Positions 19,713-31,079 of a stretch of 64,000 nucleotides of DNA are shown here, piece by piece. The stretch comes from Salinispira sp. (GTDB taxonomy: Bacteria > Spirochaetota > Spirochaetia > DSM-27196 > Salinispiraceae): contig OZ271918.1 in NCBI GenBank assembly GCA_965602015.1, positions 2,432,001-2,496,000 of the forward strand. The letters run 5' to 3'. The notes below the pieces were generated by a model. It saw only the letters and a list, made by a program, of their open reading frames with translations, was not told the DNA's origin and searched no databases. Position numbers and translations under genes: made by a program. The stretch's first letter is position 1. Each line of letters opens with the position of its first letter.

Positions 19713-19776
19713 ACAAACTCCAGATGTAATGCTTCGGCGGTACTTTCTGCCGGAAAAAATGCAACCAGTAGTCAGC

Positions 19777-20619
19777 TTAACGCGAACGCCGGGGATTTTC
19801 CATATGCCGGCGGCGAAGCAGCTCGTACATAATTAATGTGCCAGCCTGAGCCACATTCAGGCTGTTCACCCTTCCGACCATGGGGATGGAAAGCCTGATC
19901 CGGGCCCGTTCGCGCCAAAAACCGCTGACCCCCTCGTTCTCTGCCCCAAGCACAACCGCCAGGGGATTCGGAAGCTCGGACTCCCAGATTCCGGCGGTAT
20001 CGACGGGATCGGCAATGGCCGCGGGAATGTTACGTTCCGACAGCCATTCCCATGTCGATTGATTGTCGGCTTCGGCACAGGGGAAGAGAAAATTCACCCC
20101 CTTGCTCGCCCGGACCACATTCGGGTTGCCCAGGTCGGTACGGCCGTCGCTGACTATGACCCCCGCGGCCCCGGCGGCGTCGGCGCTGCGCAGTATGGCC
20201 CCGAGATTCCCGGGTTTTTCCAGATCCTCGCAAATGATGTACAGTCCCGATGATTCATCGGGTCCGGGCAGCCGCGCCAGGTCCGTTGGGGGCTTGGCGG
20301 CCACGCAAAACCAGGCATCGGGATTGCTTCGGTAGCTGAGCTTTTCCATGATTTCCCTGGGGATTCGAATCATTCTTATACCCCGGGTCTCGAAGAGCTC
20401 AAGGCTCCCAATTTCCCGGTCCTTTATCAAATCGGGACAGATATACAGGCGTTCGGGCACAAATCCCGCTTCCAGCAGGAGGGAAACTTCCGAGTATCCC
20501 TCGACGGCCATCAGCCCGCTCTCATCCCGCCGCCGCCGGTCTCGCAGGCGCCGGTCTTCTTTTATATGGGGATTCTGGAGGCTGGTAATGTCATATACGC
20601 GGTGATTGTGTCCTTGCAT
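19777..20619 (-). CDS. TrmH/SpoU family RNA methyltransferase
   Basis: ITSLQNP, KPGNLGAILRSA, LGAENEG, IPMVGRVNSLNVA. Confidence 0.93.
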   Translation of the reverse strand: MQGHNHRVYDITSLQNPHIKEDRRLRDRRRRDESGLMAVEGYSEVSLLLEAGFVPERLYICPDLIKDREIGSLELFETRGIRMIRIPREIMEKLSYRSNPDAWFCVAAKPPTDLARLPGPDESSGLYIICEDLEKPGNLGAILRSADAAGAAGVIVSDGRTDLGNPNVVRASKGVNFLFPCAEADNQSTWEWLSERNIPAAIADPVDTAGIWESELPNPLAVVLGAENEGVSGFWRERARIRLSIPMVGRVNSLNVAQAGTLIMYELLRRRHMENPRRSR

Positions 20620-20649
20620 GGCTTCAAACTATAATTGGACCGAAGCCCC

Positions 20650-21828
20650 ATGTCCATAAATCATGCAAATCAACAAGACATAAACCCCTCTCGCCCAAAC
20701 TCAGATGCCCGCGACCGGGAAGTAACCGTCGGGCCGGAAGAAAGCGGGCAGCGGCTGGACCGCTGGCTGGCTGAGCGGTTTCCCCAGCTCAGCCGACGGG
20801 GCTGGCAGGAAAAAATCAGGGACGGTTTAGTGCTGGTAAACGGCCTCCGCTCTGAAAAGGGACGCACTCTTCGCCCCGGTGAAGAGGTCGAAATAGCAGA
20901 GTCCCCGGCCGGAAGGCAGATTTCGACCACCTCGAATCCCGCCGGCCGGGAACCGGCGCACGGGGCATCGGCACATGTGCCCGTGTTGTACACAGACCAG
21001 TGGATAGTGGCGGTGGATAAACCAAAAGGACTGCCCTGCCATCCCCTCAACGGCGGAGAATCCCCCTCCCAGCAAACAGCCCTCAATCTTGCGGCGGACC
21101 TTGACCCGGCGGTGTTGATAGAGCCCGATGGCACCCAAAGCGGGCGGCTGTCGGAGTCCGATATTATGCGGATTCGGCGGGAAGGCGGCCTTTTACACCG
21201 GCTGGACAACGACAGCAGCGGTGTGCTGCTCTTTGCCAGAAGCATTGAGGCCTGGCTGGCCTTCCGCGATGAAATCCAGGGCCGGACTAGCTCCGCAAAA
21301 AAGCACTACCTGGCGCGCTGCTGGGCCGGCGACCGGGTTGCCGACCGGCCGCTCGGTGAACCGGCTGCCGGCCCGGTCGCCGAACTGCTCGCCGAAATAG
21401 CCGCCGGCCCGGGAAGAATAATAAACTATCCGATAGCCCACAGCTCCAGGCGATCGTCGGGCAAAATGATTGCCGTCAAACCCGGTACACAAAAATCAGA
21501 ATACCGGGGCAGCCCGCGCAGCGGGGAAACCGGAATACTCTCCGCCTGCCTCACCGATGAGCCCAGCTGCCTGGTCCTTGCGGAGATCACCCGGGGTCAG
21601 CGGCATCAGATACGCTGTCATTTGGCAGCGGCGGGTCTGCCGCTGGTGGGCGACAGTCTCTACGGCGGTGAACCGGGAGATTTCCTGCTGCATCACAGCC
21701 GCCTGGATTTTTACCATCCATATCTCGGGAAACGGATAGCAATAGAATCAATGCCGGCAAAAGGCCGCTTCGCCGACAGTGAGATTGCTGAATTATGTAA
21801 GGAGATGTTCAGGAAAGCACAGCCCTGA
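20650..21828 (+). CDS. RluA/RluD-family pseudouridine synthase with S4 domain
   Basis: GQRLDRWLA S4 domain, VDKPKGL, HRLDNDSSG, GQRHQIRCH, GDSLYG. Confidence 0.9.
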   Translation: MSINHANQQDINPSRPNSDARDREVTVGPEESGQRLDRWLAERFPQLSRRGWQEKIRDGLVLVNGLRSEKGRTLRPGEEVEIAESPAGRQISTTSNPAGREPAHGASAHVPVLYTDQWIVAVDKPKGLPCHPLNGGESPSQQTALNLAADLDPAVLIEPDGTQSGRLSESDIMRIRREGGLLHRLDNDSSGVLLFARSIEAWLAFRDEIQGRTSSAKKHYLARCWAGDRVADRPLGEPAAGPVAELLAEIAAGPGRIINYPIAHSSRRSSGKMIAVKPGTQKSEYRGSPRSGETGILSACLTDEPSCLVLAEITRGQRHQIRCHLAAAGLPLVGDSLYGGEPGDFLLHHSRLDFYHPYLGKRIAIESMPAKGRFADSEIAELCKEMFRKAQP

Positions 21829-22171
21829 CGGTATTGACCAGGGTGTGTTCTTCCACCGGCTTGGTAAGGTAGGCCTGAGGATCGGTTTTCGCAGCCCGCC
21901 CCTTGGTTGCCGGATCGCTGTGGGCGGTCACATAGACCACGGGAATGTCCCGAAAGAGCTTAACGCGCTTTACCGCGTCCACGCCGTCGATGAAGCTGTT
22001 TATCCGAATATCCATGAGAATGAGGTCGGGGTGATGCTCCATAACCGATGATATGACTTCGTCGCCGCTGTCGATGACGTCGGCTATGTGATATCCGTAG
22101 CGCTCCAGGGTATCCTGCATGGCCAGGCCGACAAGAGCTTCGTCTTCGACAATTAATACTTTCTTACACAT
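21809..22171 (-). CDS. Single-domain response regulator
   Basis: VLIVEDE, DLILMDI, VTAHSD, YLTKP. Confidence 0.92.
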   Translation of the reverse strand: MCKKVLIVEDEALVGLAMQDTLERYGYHIADVIDSGDEVISSVMEHHPDLILMDIRINSFIDGVDAVKRVKLFRDIPVVYVTAHSDPATKGRAAKTDPQAYLTKPVEEHTLVNTVRAVLS

Positions 22172-22298
22172 GGTTATTTCCCCGCGGCGGCCTGGATGTA
22201 ATCCGGCGGCCTGTAAAAAGTATACTGATTTTCAGTAAAGAAAACAGTATTCTTGCCGGCGGGATGCGGATAATTGCCGAAAATAATACTACAGTATC

Positions 22299-23465
22299 AT
22301 GGATATGCGTTTTCCCTTAAACATCCACCATATTCAGGACCATCTCTTTCGCCGGCACCGGTGGCTGGTGCTGCTGGTTTCAAGCGCTTTGTATGCCGGC
22401 GGAATATTACTCTTCGGTCCGCAGCTGAGAGTTTCATCGAACTACCTGGTCGCATTGCCGGTAATTGCCGCGGCCATGGGTTTTGGGTTTTGGGGAGGGT
22501 TCTCGGCGGGAATGCTCGGGTTGCCGGTAAATCTCATCCTGTTTTCCCTCATCGGTTACCCGCAGTTCGCCCCGGAAAGTCTCATAATCGCCGAAGTATT
22601 CGGAATACTCGTGGGGGGCTCCATGGGAGCTCTGGGCGATTACTTCAGAATTCTCAATGAGGAAATCCGCCACAATCAACGCATCGCCAACGAACTTCAG
22701 CAGCAGATCAGCGACAGGGAGGTCCTGATTCAGGAGGTTCACCACCGGGTTAAAAATAACCTGACCCTTATCCTCAGCCTGCTTCAGCTGCAGAGAAATC
22801 AGTTCGACAGCCCGGAATACCGCAACGCCCTTGAAATCGTTTCAGCCCGAATCAGGGCGATCGCCTCGGTTCACGACTATATCTATACCCATGAAACCAG
22901 CACCTCGGTTAACCTCCAGCGTCACCTGCCGGCACTCTGCGAGGCGATAATCGAGAGCCATCAGATTCCGGAAATCAGCTTCCATCACGATGTGCAATTT
23001 AAAACCGGTATCTCACTGCAGAAGGCCACCCCCCTCAGCCTGATAATCCTGGAGATTCTCACCAACTCCTGCAAGCACGCGTTCTCTTCGGAACACGGGG
23101 ACCCCAGAATCTTCCTCTACGGCAGGGAGACTGCAAATGAGTATATATTGATAATTTCTGACAATGGAGCGGTCGCACACGGCGTTTCACCGCTGTCCGA
23201 CAACGCAGCGGCGGTGGCACGGACGGAACGTACAGCCGCAGCGGGCGCAAAAGGCGGCCTGGGATCCACAATTATCAAGGCCCTGACAAGACAGATTCGG
23301 GCGGATCTTATTGTAAACACCGATAAAGGCTATGAATACGTGCTGAAAATTCGAAAATCCGGCCAACCGTTTATGGCGGCGCCGGAAGCGCCTTCGCGGG
23401 CGGGACGCCTGGACCCCGAACCCGAAGAAGAGGGCCGAAATCGGCGCCCCCCTATTTCGCGCTGA
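22299..23465 (+). CDS. Membrane sensor histidine kinase, HisKA_2 (PdtaS-like)
   Basis: N-terminal TM helices, EVHHRVKNNL H-box, EILTNSCKHAF, DNG, GLG; divergent from a receiver gene. Confidence 0.9.
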   Translation: MDMRFPLNIHHIQDHLFRRHRWLVLLVSSALYAGGILLFGPQLRVSSNYLVALPVIAAAMGFGFWGGFSAGMLGLPVNLILFSLIGYPQFAPESLIIAEVFGILVGGSMGALGDYFRILNEEIRHNQRIANELQQQISDREVLIQEVHHRVKNNLTLILSLLQLQRNQFDSPEYRNALEIVSARIRAIASVHDYIYTHETSTSVNLQRHLPALCEAIIESHQIPEISFHHDVQFKTGISLQKATPLSLIILEILTNSCKHAFSSEHGDPRIFLYGRETANEYILIISDNGAVAHGVSPLSDNAAAVARTERTAAAGAKGGLGSTIIKALTRQIRADLIVNTDKGYEYVLKIRKSGQPFMAAPEAPSRAGRLDPEPEEEGRNRRPPISR

Positions 23466-25362
23466 TTTTGATTTTCTTTACTTCCTTGGTTGACAGCCGT
23501 ACACCCTTAGCCTCGGTACCCTTGACCAGGTAATCCTCAATACGGAAGTCCTCTTCAAGCACACGTAAATTCGGTTTTGGTTTATAGCTTAGGTGAATTG
23601 TGCCCTTTGTCCTGGTGCTGTAGGTGAGCAATTTGCCTCCCTCGGGAACCAGGTCGTAGTTTTTCTCCAAAATGTATTTTTCGATGACCGTCCGCTTTAT
23701 GTACAGCTGCTTGCTGTCCTCATTCCGGTAGATAATCGTGTGGGTAACAGCTGCAAGTTCGTCCTTGTCGGCGAGTACCACATTCAACACCCCGCTCCCC
23801 ACAAACTTCTTTTCGCTAACCGGGTGCACCGAGTAGGAACCGTCTTTTTTAATGATAAGTATACGGTCGAATTCGCTGACGTCGAACATCGCCTTGCCGC
23901 CGCTCACCTGGTAGCCCAAATAACCGGTCTTGTCGTCGTAGCGAAGCGAGAGGTTGCGGGCGGCGGCGCTTCGGGCTTCAACCTTGCTAAAGCTGGTTAT
24001 GGTGGTGAGCCTGGGGAAGTCCTGGGATCGGCGGTCGATTATCCCGTCGAGGAAGGCCTCGGCGTAACTCACCACATCTTTGAGCAAAGCGCGGATTTCC
24101 CTGATTCGGGCAGTGATTTCCTCGATTTCCTTCCTCGCCTTGTTAATATCGTAGAGGGATATGCGGCGGATGGGTATCTTCAGGAGCCGCTCGAGATCTT
24201 CCTCGGTGATTTCCCGCTTAATCTCAGCCATGAAGGGTTCGAAACCAGTAAGTACCGCATGGCGGACCTTCTCCTGGGTGTCCTTGTCTTCAATACGCTT
24301 GTATATCCGCTCTTCGATAAAAATCCGTTCGAGGGTCCGGGCGTGGAGCCGGTCTTTCAGGTGCCCCAGTTCGATCTCCAGCTCTTTTTTCAGAATCGCC
24401 TGGAGCTGCCGGGCATGATGATCAATGACTTCAGAAACCTTCATGGATACGGGCATTCCGTCTTTAATCACCAATAAATTCACCGAGATGCTCTGCTCGC
24501 AGTCGGTAAATGCATACAGGGCGTCGACCACGTCCTGGGTATAGACGCCCCTGGGAAGCTGAATTTCGATTTCAACATTTTCCGTGGTGTAGTCGTTGAT
24601 GCTTCCGACTTTGAGCTTTCCCTTTCGGGCGGCGTTTTCAATAGACTGAATAAGGCCTTCGGTGGTGGTGCCGTAGGGCAGCTCGCGGATGAGCAGTCTT
24701 TTGGGATCTGAAGTATCAATTTTAGCCCGAACGAGGACCGAACCCATGCCTTCATCGTAGGCCGAAGCGTCAATGAGCCCGCCGGTGGGAAAGTCGGGCA
24801 ACAGCTCCCGCCTCTTGCCCCGGAGCCGGTCCTTTACCGCCTGGAGCACCTCGATCATGTTATGCGGAAGAATTCTGGTGCTCATGCCAACGGCGATACC
24901 TTCGGCACCCTGGATCAGAAGAACGGGAATTTTTGCGGGAAAAACCACCGGCTCCTTGTTCCTGCCGTCGTAACTCGGCACGTATTCCGTGAGTTCGGGG
25001 TTGTACAAAATGGATTTTGCGAAGGGTAGAGCCCGGCACTCGATGTACCGGGCTGCCGAGGCCTCGTCCCCGGTGAAAATGTTTCCGAAATTTCCCTGCT
25101 TGTCGATAAACAGGTCCTTGTTGGCAAGCACTACCAGGGCGGATCCGATGGAGGCGTCTCCGTGGGGATGATACTTCATACAATGGCCCACCACATTGGC
25201 GACCTTGTGGAACTTACCGTCGTCTATTTCAAGGAGGCTGTGGAGAATTCGGCGCTGAACTGGCTTGAGGCCGTCGTCAATGTGGGGAATTGCCCGGTCC
25301 TTGATGACGTAGCTGGCGTACTCGAGGAAATTGGTATTAAACAGTTTATCTACATATGCCAT
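23452..25362 (-). CDS. parC: DNA topoisomerase IV subunit A (short type)
   Basis: DGLKPVQRR, KYHPHGD, SAARY (catalytic Tyr), GIAVGM; 636 aa, no GyrA-box seen. Confidence 0.92.
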   Translation of the reverse strand: MAYVDKLFNTNFLEYASYVIKDRAIPHIDDGLKPVQRRILHSLLEIDDGKFHKVANVVGHCMKYHPHGDASIGSALVVLANKDLFIDKQGNFGNIFTGDEASAARYIECRALPFAKSILYNPELTEYVPSYDGRNKEPVVFPAKIPVLLIQGAEGIAVGMSTRILPHNMIEVLQAVKDRLRGKRRELLPDFPTGGLIDASAYDEGMGSVLVRAKIDTSDPKRLLIRELPYGTTTEGLIQSIENAARKGKLKVGSINDYTTENVEIEIQLPRGVYTQDVVDALYAFTDCEQSISVNLLVIKDGMPVSMKVSEVIDHHARQLQAILKKELEIELGHLKDRLHARTLERIFIEERIYKRIEDKDTQEKVRHAVLTGFEPFMAEIKREITEEDLERLLKIPIRRISLYDINKARKEIEEITARIREIRALLKDVVSYAEAFLDGIIDRRSQDFPRLTTITSFSKVEARSAAARNLSLRYDDKTGYLGYQVSGGKAMFDVSEFDRILIIKKDGSYSVHPVSEKKFVGSGVLNVVLADKDELAAVTHTIIYRNEDSKQLYIKRTVIEKYILEKNYDLVPEGGKLLTYSTRTKGTIHLSYKPKPNLRVLEEDFRIEDYLVKGTEAKGVRLSTKEVKKIKISAK

Positions 25363-25368
25363 AGGAAC

Positions 25369-27282
25369 TTATTCACTCACTTCGATGAGATTTTTCATGA
25401 TAAAGGACTTTCGATCGGGGGTGTTTTTCCCCATGTAGAAGCTCATGGTGTCGTGAAGCCCCTTGAGAGTCTTGATGCTCACCTTGAGAAGCCGGATGTT
25501 CTCTCCGATGAACTGCCCGAATTCCTTGGGGCTAATCTCTCCCAGACCCTTGAAACGAGTGACCTCCGGACCGCGGATGGCCTCCAAAGCCTCATCCCGC
25601 TCCCGCAGCGAGTAGCAGTACCGGGTCTCCTGTTTATTGCGCACCCTGAACAGCGGAGTTTCCAGTATGAACACCCGCTCCTGAACCACAAGGTCCTCGA
25701 AAAAACTCAGGAAAAACGTTAACAGGAGGTTACGGATATGATATCCGTCGTGATCAGCATCGGTTGCGATAATGATGCGGGCATATCGCAGGCCCTCGAT
25801 GCCGTTCTCAATACCAAGGGCCATCATCATGTTGTACAGCTCTTCGTTTTTATAAATCGACGCCTGGCTTCGACCGAACATATTCTGGGGTTTTCCCTTG
25901 AGGGAAAAAATAGCCTGGGTGTAGACATCACGGCACGACACCATGGAACCCGAGGCCGACGCCCCTTCGGTAATAAAAATAGTGCTTTCATCGCCCCGGG
26001 TTTTGTCTCCCAGGTGGTATTTGCAGTCTTTTAAGTTTGGGATCTTTAATGCGATTTTCTTGGCCGCCTCCTTGGCTTCCTTTCGAACCACATTCAGCTC
26101 CTTGCGGAGCTTCTCGTTGTTTACGATTTTATCCTGAATCTTTTTTGCGGCAGTTTTATTTTTGTGCAGAAAGTCTGCAACCGCTTCCTTCGTTTCCTGG
26201 ACGATCCAACTCCGGATTTCCGTGTTGCCCAGCTTGTTTTTTGTCTGACTCTCGAAAACCGGATTTTCCAGTTTCACCGCCGCAGACGCCACTATCCCCT
26301 CCCGCACATCCACGCCGGAGTACGTCTTCTGGAAGAATTCGTTTACCCCCTTCAGAAGTCCTTCCCGGAAGGCCGAAAGGTGGGTGCCGCCGTCGGAGGT
26401 GAACTGGCCGTTGACAAAACTCCAATGGGTCTCACCATAGGTCTGTCCGTGGGTAAAGGCGAACTCCAGGTACTGTCCCTTGTAATAGCTGATATCGTAC
26501 AGGAGCTCATCGCCTACTTCCCGCTCCAGCAGGTCGCGAAGCCCCTTTTCCGAATGGAAGGTCTGCCAGCCGCCCCGGTCAGTATGTTCTCCGCCGATGC
26601 TCTTCCCGTCTTTATCCAGGACTTTGAGCCTCAGGGTCAGGCCCGAATTCAAATAGGCGTAATTCCATAGCCGTTCTTCGATAAACTCGAGATTAAAATC
26701 AAAGTCAGGGAAAATTTCTCCGTCGGGAACAAATTGAACCAGGGTTCCCGACTTCTCGGAGGACTTGCCCTTCTTTTCCTTTAGCAGGTTTCCCCGGGCG
26801 AAGCTCGCCTCGGCGAACTTCCCCTCCCGTATGGCCTTGACGGTAAAGGCGGAACTGAGGGCGTTGACCGCCTTGGTTCCCACACCGTTAAGTCCAACGG
26901 AGAACTGGAAGACTTCGGTGTTGTACTTCGCTCCGGTATTGATAACCGACACGCATTCGACAATCTTGCCGAGGGGGATGCCTCTTCCGTAGTCCCTGAC
27001 GGTCAGGGTTGAACCCTGAATCAGAATATCAATCTGCTTCCCGAAGCCCATGATGTACTCGTCTACCGAGTTATCGATCACTTCTTTCAGAAGGATGTAG
27101 ATTCCGTCATCGGGATTCGATCCGTCCCCCAGGCGGCCTATATACATACCGCTGCGAAGCCGGATGTGCTCCAGCGAACTGAGGGTTTTGATTTTGCTTT
27201 CATCATAAGCCGCGGCGGATTTCGCCGGGGCGCTTTTCGCTGCGGACGCAGCTTTGCCAGTGCTTTTAGTTCCCCTTCCCAT
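25369..27282 (-). CDS. parE: DNA topoisomerase IV subunit B
   Basis: EVIDNSVDE, DYGRGIP, GLNGVG, TEGASA, TDADHDG, RFKGLGE. Confidence 0.92.
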   Translation of the reverse strand: MGRGTKSTGKAASAAKSAPAKSAAAYDESKIKTLSSLEHIRLRSGMYIGRLGDGSNPDDGIYILLKEVIDNSVDEYIMGFGKQIDILIQGSTLTVRDYGRGIPLGKIVECVSVINTGAKYNTEVFQFSVGLNGVGTKAVNALSSAFTVKAIREGKFAEASFARGNLLKEKKGKSSEKSGTLVQFVPDGEIFPDFDFNLEFIEERLWNYAYLNSGLTLRLKVLDKDGKSIGGEHTDRGGWQTFHSEKGLRDLLEREVGDELLYDISYYKGQYLEFAFTHGQTYGETHWSFVNGQFTSDGGTHLSAFREGLLKGVNEFFQKTYSGVDVREGIVASAAVKLENPVFESQTKNKLGNTEIRSWIVQETKEAVADFLHKNKTAAKKIQDKIVNNEKLRKELNVVRKEAKEAAKKIALKIPNLKDCKYHLGDKTRGDESTIFITEGASASGSMVSCRDVYTQAIFSLKGKPQNMFGRSQASIYKNEELYNMMMALGIENGIEGLRYARIIIATDADHDGYHIRNLLLTFFLSFFEDLVVQERVFILETPLFRVRNKQETRYCYSLRERDEALEAIRGPEVTRFKGLGEISPKEFGQFIGENIRLLKVSIKTLKGLHDTMSFYMGKNTPDRKSFIMKNLIEVSE

Positions 27283-27390
27283 AGAAGGCTATAATAGCAT
27301 AATCCAAGCGGACATTAAAGCGTAACATCCCCTTTGTCGAAGCTATATAAGAAGAAAGAGATTCCCCCCTTTATTCGCAAGGAGACGAGC

Positions 27391-28437
27391 ATGGGCACAG
27401 ACGCAGCAGGCAACACTACCAGGGTCACAATTTCCCGCAGGATCTCAGCTGTGTTATTGCTGGCCGCAGTCTTACCCCTGTTTTCCGGCTGCGCTACTAC
27501 TGAAGAAGGCCCTAGTCCCGAAGAACAATTGGCGGAAAGCAGGGCACAAAACGAAAACCTCAGCCGTGAAATCGCAGAACTTGAAGAGCGATTGACGGAC
27601 GCCCGGGAGGCCCTGGCGGCAGCAAACAACGACCGTGCAATGATCAGCGAGCAAGGTCAGGCCGACAGCCTGCTCATCGCCCAGCTTGAAGCCGAATTAG
27701 CCAAAAACCGTGAAACCATACGCCGGCTCAATGAAGCCCTTTCCCAGGCCAGTTTTGCCCAGCAATTATTCGATAGCCGGGAAACCGGAAATCCAAATCC
27801 CGACAGCAGCAGCGGTAACCAAGACGGCCAGAACGGCGATGCAAACGGGCCGGAGAGTACCGGGGGCAACGCCGGTTCGCAAGCGAGCGGAAGGGACAGT
27901 GAGACCTCAGACTCTCAGCGGGAGATCCCCGACGCTACGGTGTTCTCTCCGGAGGTTATCGGTCGCAGCGCGCCGCAGTCGGTACGGGGGAGCGCTTTGG
28001 TTTCCCAGGAGGGCAGAGGCATGGTCTACATTAGCCATGAGTCCGCCGGCCACTTCAGCGAAGACAGCGGGTACCTGGAGATTCACCAGGGCCGGGGAAC
28101 CGGCACAACCATTTACCTGGTGCTGCAGGTTTTGAGAGACCGGGATGAAGAAGCATTCGGATTGTACGGAGCGGATATAAGCCTGGCGGGAACCTTTCTG
28201 ATCAGTATCGGGGAGGCTGAATATGCCGAACGGCTGATTGATCCCTCTACCGCGGTGGAGCGATTGTATTTCCCCCTGGAACCCCGAACCCTCCAGGCCC
28301 TCGGCAGAATGGTTATCGAGCGCCGGGGAAAAATAATTATAAAGGGACTGTTCGGCGAGCGGGAGCTTGTTATGGATGCCCAGCGGGCAGAGCGCATGCA
28401 GGAAGTGCTGTCAGCATTTATTGAGATCGGGAATTAG
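27391..28437 (+). CDS. Hypothetical lipoprotein with coiled coil and low-complexity linker
   Basis: AAGGAG RBS before ATG 27391, LFSGC lipobox, heptad-rich segment, S/G/N-rich linker. Confidence 0.75.
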   Translation: MGTDAAGNTTRVTISRRISAVLLLAAVLPLFSGCATTEEGPSPEEQLAESRAQNENLSREIAELEERLTDAREALAAANNDRAMISEQGQADSLLIAQLEAELAKNRETIRRLNEALSQASFAQQLFDSRETGNPNPDSSSGNQDGQNGDANGPESTGGNAGSQASGRDSETSDSQREIPDATVFSPEVIGRSAPQSVRGSALVSQEGRGMVYISHESAGHFSEDSGYLEIHQGRGTGTTIYLVLQVLRDRDEEAFGLYGADISLAGTFLISIGEAEYAERLIDPSTAVERLYFPLEPRTLQALGRMVIERRGKIIIKGLFGERELVMDAQRAERMQEVLSAFIEIGN

Positions 28438-28447
28438 CCTTCCCGGC

Positions 28448-30973
28448 TTAATCCGCTGATCGGGATGCGCTGCTTCCCACGGTCGCCGCATCGGTCTCGC
28501 CGCTGTCTTTTTTCGCCTTTTCGGAAAAGCTGATTTTCCCCTTTCGTAGGCTCACCTGAATGTGACTTCCGGCTCCGTAATGGCCCTTGAGGATTTCAAG
28601 GGAGAGGGGGTCCTCAATTTCCCGCTGCAGCACCCTGCGCAGAGGCCGGGCACCGAACTTCACATCGTAGCCCTCCTCGGCGAGGTAGTCCTTGGCGGTC
28701 TTCATTACTTCGAGAATCATCTCGTTTTCAGCCATGCGCTGCTGGATTTCCGCAAGATGGATATCGAGGATTTGGTGAACCTGTTCCCGGCTGAGGCTAT
28801 GGAATACGACGGTTTCATCAACCCTGTTGATAAATTCCGGACGGAAGAGCCGCTTGAGCTCATTCAACGCGCTTGATTTTATCTCCCGGTAATCCAGCAT
28901 GCCTTCATCGGTTTTGAAGCCGACGGCGGATTCCCTGGTGATCTCCCGGGCTCCGGCGTTGCTTGTCATGATAATGACCGTATTGCGAAAGTTCACCTTG
29001 TGACCAAGATTATCCTGAAGTTCTCCTTCTTCGAGCACCTGAAGAAGCAGGTTAAACACGTCGGGATGGGCCTTTTCGATTTCATCGAATAACACCACCG
29101 CGTACGGCTTGCGTCGAATTTTCTCGGTGAGCAATCCGCCTTCTTCATAGCCTACATACCCCGGAGGAGACCCGACCAGTCTGCTCACATTGTGTTTCTC
29201 CATAAAATCGGACATGTCGATGCGCACCAGGGCGTCAGCGTTGCCAAAAAGAAATTCCGCAAGGGTTTTTGCCAGCAGCGACTTACCCACCCCGGTCGGT
29301 CCGAGAAAGATAAACGAACCCATGGGACGGTTGGGGCTTGAAAGCCCCGTCCGGCTCCGGCGAATGGCAGAGGAGATAACATTTATTGCGTCGTCCTGCC
29401 CGATAACAGTGCGATGCAGGTCGTCTTCAATGCTCAGGAGCTTTTGACTCTCGGTTTCCGCGAGGCGGGTGACGGGTATTCCGGTAATATCGCTGATTAC
29501 TTTCTGAATGTCGTCGGAATCCACCACCTTGGCTTCGGTTTTAAGGGTAATCTTCCAGTTCTGCTTTATTTCCTCGACCCGGTTTTTAAGATGCCGCACC
29601 TCGTCCCGGACCGCGGCGGCCCGCTCGTAATTCTGCGAATTGACCAGGTTGACCTTTTCGTCATTGAGTTTCTCAATTTCTTTTTCGAGTTCCTGGATTT
29701 CATCGGGACGGACCGAGTGTTTGATCCGCTTCCTGGCGCCGGCCTCGTCGATCAGGTCTATGGCTTTATCCGGAAGGAAGCGCTCGGTTATGTAGCGATG
29801 CGCCATGGCGGCGGAAATTTCGATTGCGCCGGGGGTATACGAGACGTTGTGATACTCCTCGTAGCAATCCTTGACTCCGTTGAGTATTTCGATTGTGTGG
29901 GCCACATCGGGCTCGTCGACCATAACGGTCTGGAAGCGCCGTTCAAGGGCTGCGTCTTTTTCAATGTACTTCTTGTATTCGTTGAGGGTGGTGGCGCCGA
30001 TACATTGGATTTCCCCGCGGGAAAGGGCGGGTTTGAGCATGTTGGACGCGTCGATGGCCCCCTCGGCGCCGCCGGCGCCGATTATGGTGTGCAGCTCGTC
30101 AATAAACAATATGACGTTACCCGCCGCAGTAATTTCCTTCATTATACGCTTAAGGCGCTCTTCAAACTCCCCCCGGTATTTGGTCCCGGCAATCACCGCC
30201 GCCAAATCAAGGGTCATGACCCGCTTTTCCATCAGGACGTCCGGAGCATCGCCGTCAACAATCTTTTGGGTGAGGCCTTCGACAATTGCGGTTTTGCCAA
30301 CCCCCGGTTCCCCGATGAGCACCGGATTGTTTTTGTTGCGCCGGGCGAGTATCTGAATGACCCGGTCGATTTCCCGGGTGCGCCCGATAACCGGATCCAA
30401 TTTGCCCTTACGGGCGAGAATCGTGAGGTCCCGGGCGAATTCATCGAGGTTGGGGGTGGCGCGCTTCTGCGAAGAGCCCGAGCTTCCCCGCCGACGTTCG
30501 TTTGGCACTTGCGGGGCTTCGCCCTCATCGCGGCGGTTTCCGTAACCCGCCAGGTCGATGACGATTTCCCTGAGGGTTTCGACGCTGACCTGGTTATCCT
30601 CGAGGAAACGGAGGGTCTCGCCCTCTTTCGCACAGGCCAACAGCAGGTGTTCTGTTCCGATGAACTCATGTCCTAGATGTTTGGCTTCTTCCGCAGAGTC
30701 CTCGAGAACTTTTTTTCCTCTTGGACTTGGGGGCACATCTCCCAGAATAAAACCGCCCCGCTTGCGGGGAATGTTTTTTTCCAGTTCGATCTGCATTTTC
30801 GCCGGATCGATAAGGGCTTTAAGGAGTGTTTTGTACGCAAGCCCGCCGCCTTCTTTTAGAATGGCGATCATGATGTGCTCCGGCAGCAACTGATCAGAAT
30901 GAAAGCGCTTTGCTTCATCCTGAGCGAGGATGGTCAGTATTTTTTGTGCTCTCTGCGTAAGCCCTTTGAACAT
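28448..30973 (-). CDS. clpC: ATP-dependent Clp protease ATP-binding subunit ClpC
   Basis: Double Clp-N domain, [11 protein letters not shown] middle domain ([10 protein letters not shown]), [11 protein letters not shown] ClpP-docking loop, GARPLRR; downstream of mcsAB. Confidence 0.95.
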   Translation of the reverse strand: MFKGLTQRAQKILTILAQDEAKRFHSDQLLPEHIMIAILKEGGGLAYKTLLKALIDPAKMQIELEKNIPRKRGGFILGDVPPSPRGKKVLEDSAEEAKHLGHEFIGTEHLLLACAKEGETLRFLEDNQVSVETLREIVIDLAGYGNRRDEGEAPQVPNERRRGSSGSSQKRATPNLDEFARDLTILARKGKLDPVIGRTREIDRVIQILARRNKNNPVLIGEPGVGKTAIVEGLTQKIVDGDAPDVLMEKRVMTLDLAAVIAGTKYRGEFEERLKRIMKEITAAGNVILFIDELHTIIGAGGAEGAIDASNMLKPALSRGEIQCIGATTLNEYKKYIEKDAALERRFQTVMVDEPDVAHTIEILNGVKDCYEEYHNVSYTPGAIEISAAMAHRYITERFLPDKAIDLIDEAGARKRIKHSVRPDEIQELEKEIEKLNDEKVNLVNSQNYERAAAVRDEVRHLKNRVEEIKQNWKITLKTEAKVVDSDDIQKVISDITGIPVTRLAETESQKLLSIEDDLHRTVIGQDDAINVISSAIRRSRTGLSSPNRPMGSFIFLGPTGVGKSLLAKTLAEFLFGNADALVRIDMSDFMEKHNVSRLVGSPPGYVGYEEGGLLTEKIRRKPYAVVLFDEIEKAHPDVFNLLLQVLEEGELQDNLGHKVNFRNTVIIMTSNAGAREITRESAVGFKTDEGMLDYREIKSSALNELKRLFRPEFINRVDETVVFHSLSREQVHQILDIHLAEIQQRMAENEMILEVMKTAKDYLAEEGYDVKFGARPLRRVLQREIEDPLSLEILKGHYGAGSHIQVSLRKGKISFSEKAKKDSGETDAATVGSSASRSAD

Positions 30974-31022
30974 GAATGCTCCTTAGTATAAACATACCAC
31001 TTATTAAATGTCGGTTCATAGA

Positions 31023-31054
31023 GGCCTGATCAAAACCGGAGTTTTGATCAGGCC
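31023..31054. repeat. Perfect 14-bp inverted repeat between mcsB and clpC
   Basis: GGCCTGATCAAAAC-CGGA-GTTTTGATCAGGCC. Confidence 0.85.
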
Positions 31055-31079
31055 CTGCAATTTGCGGATTCGTGAACGG

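Noticed and set aside
23452..27282. Calling the type II topoisomerase pair gyrA/gyrB
   Set aside because: The short A subunit without a GyrA-box or full pinwheel fits topoisomerase IV.
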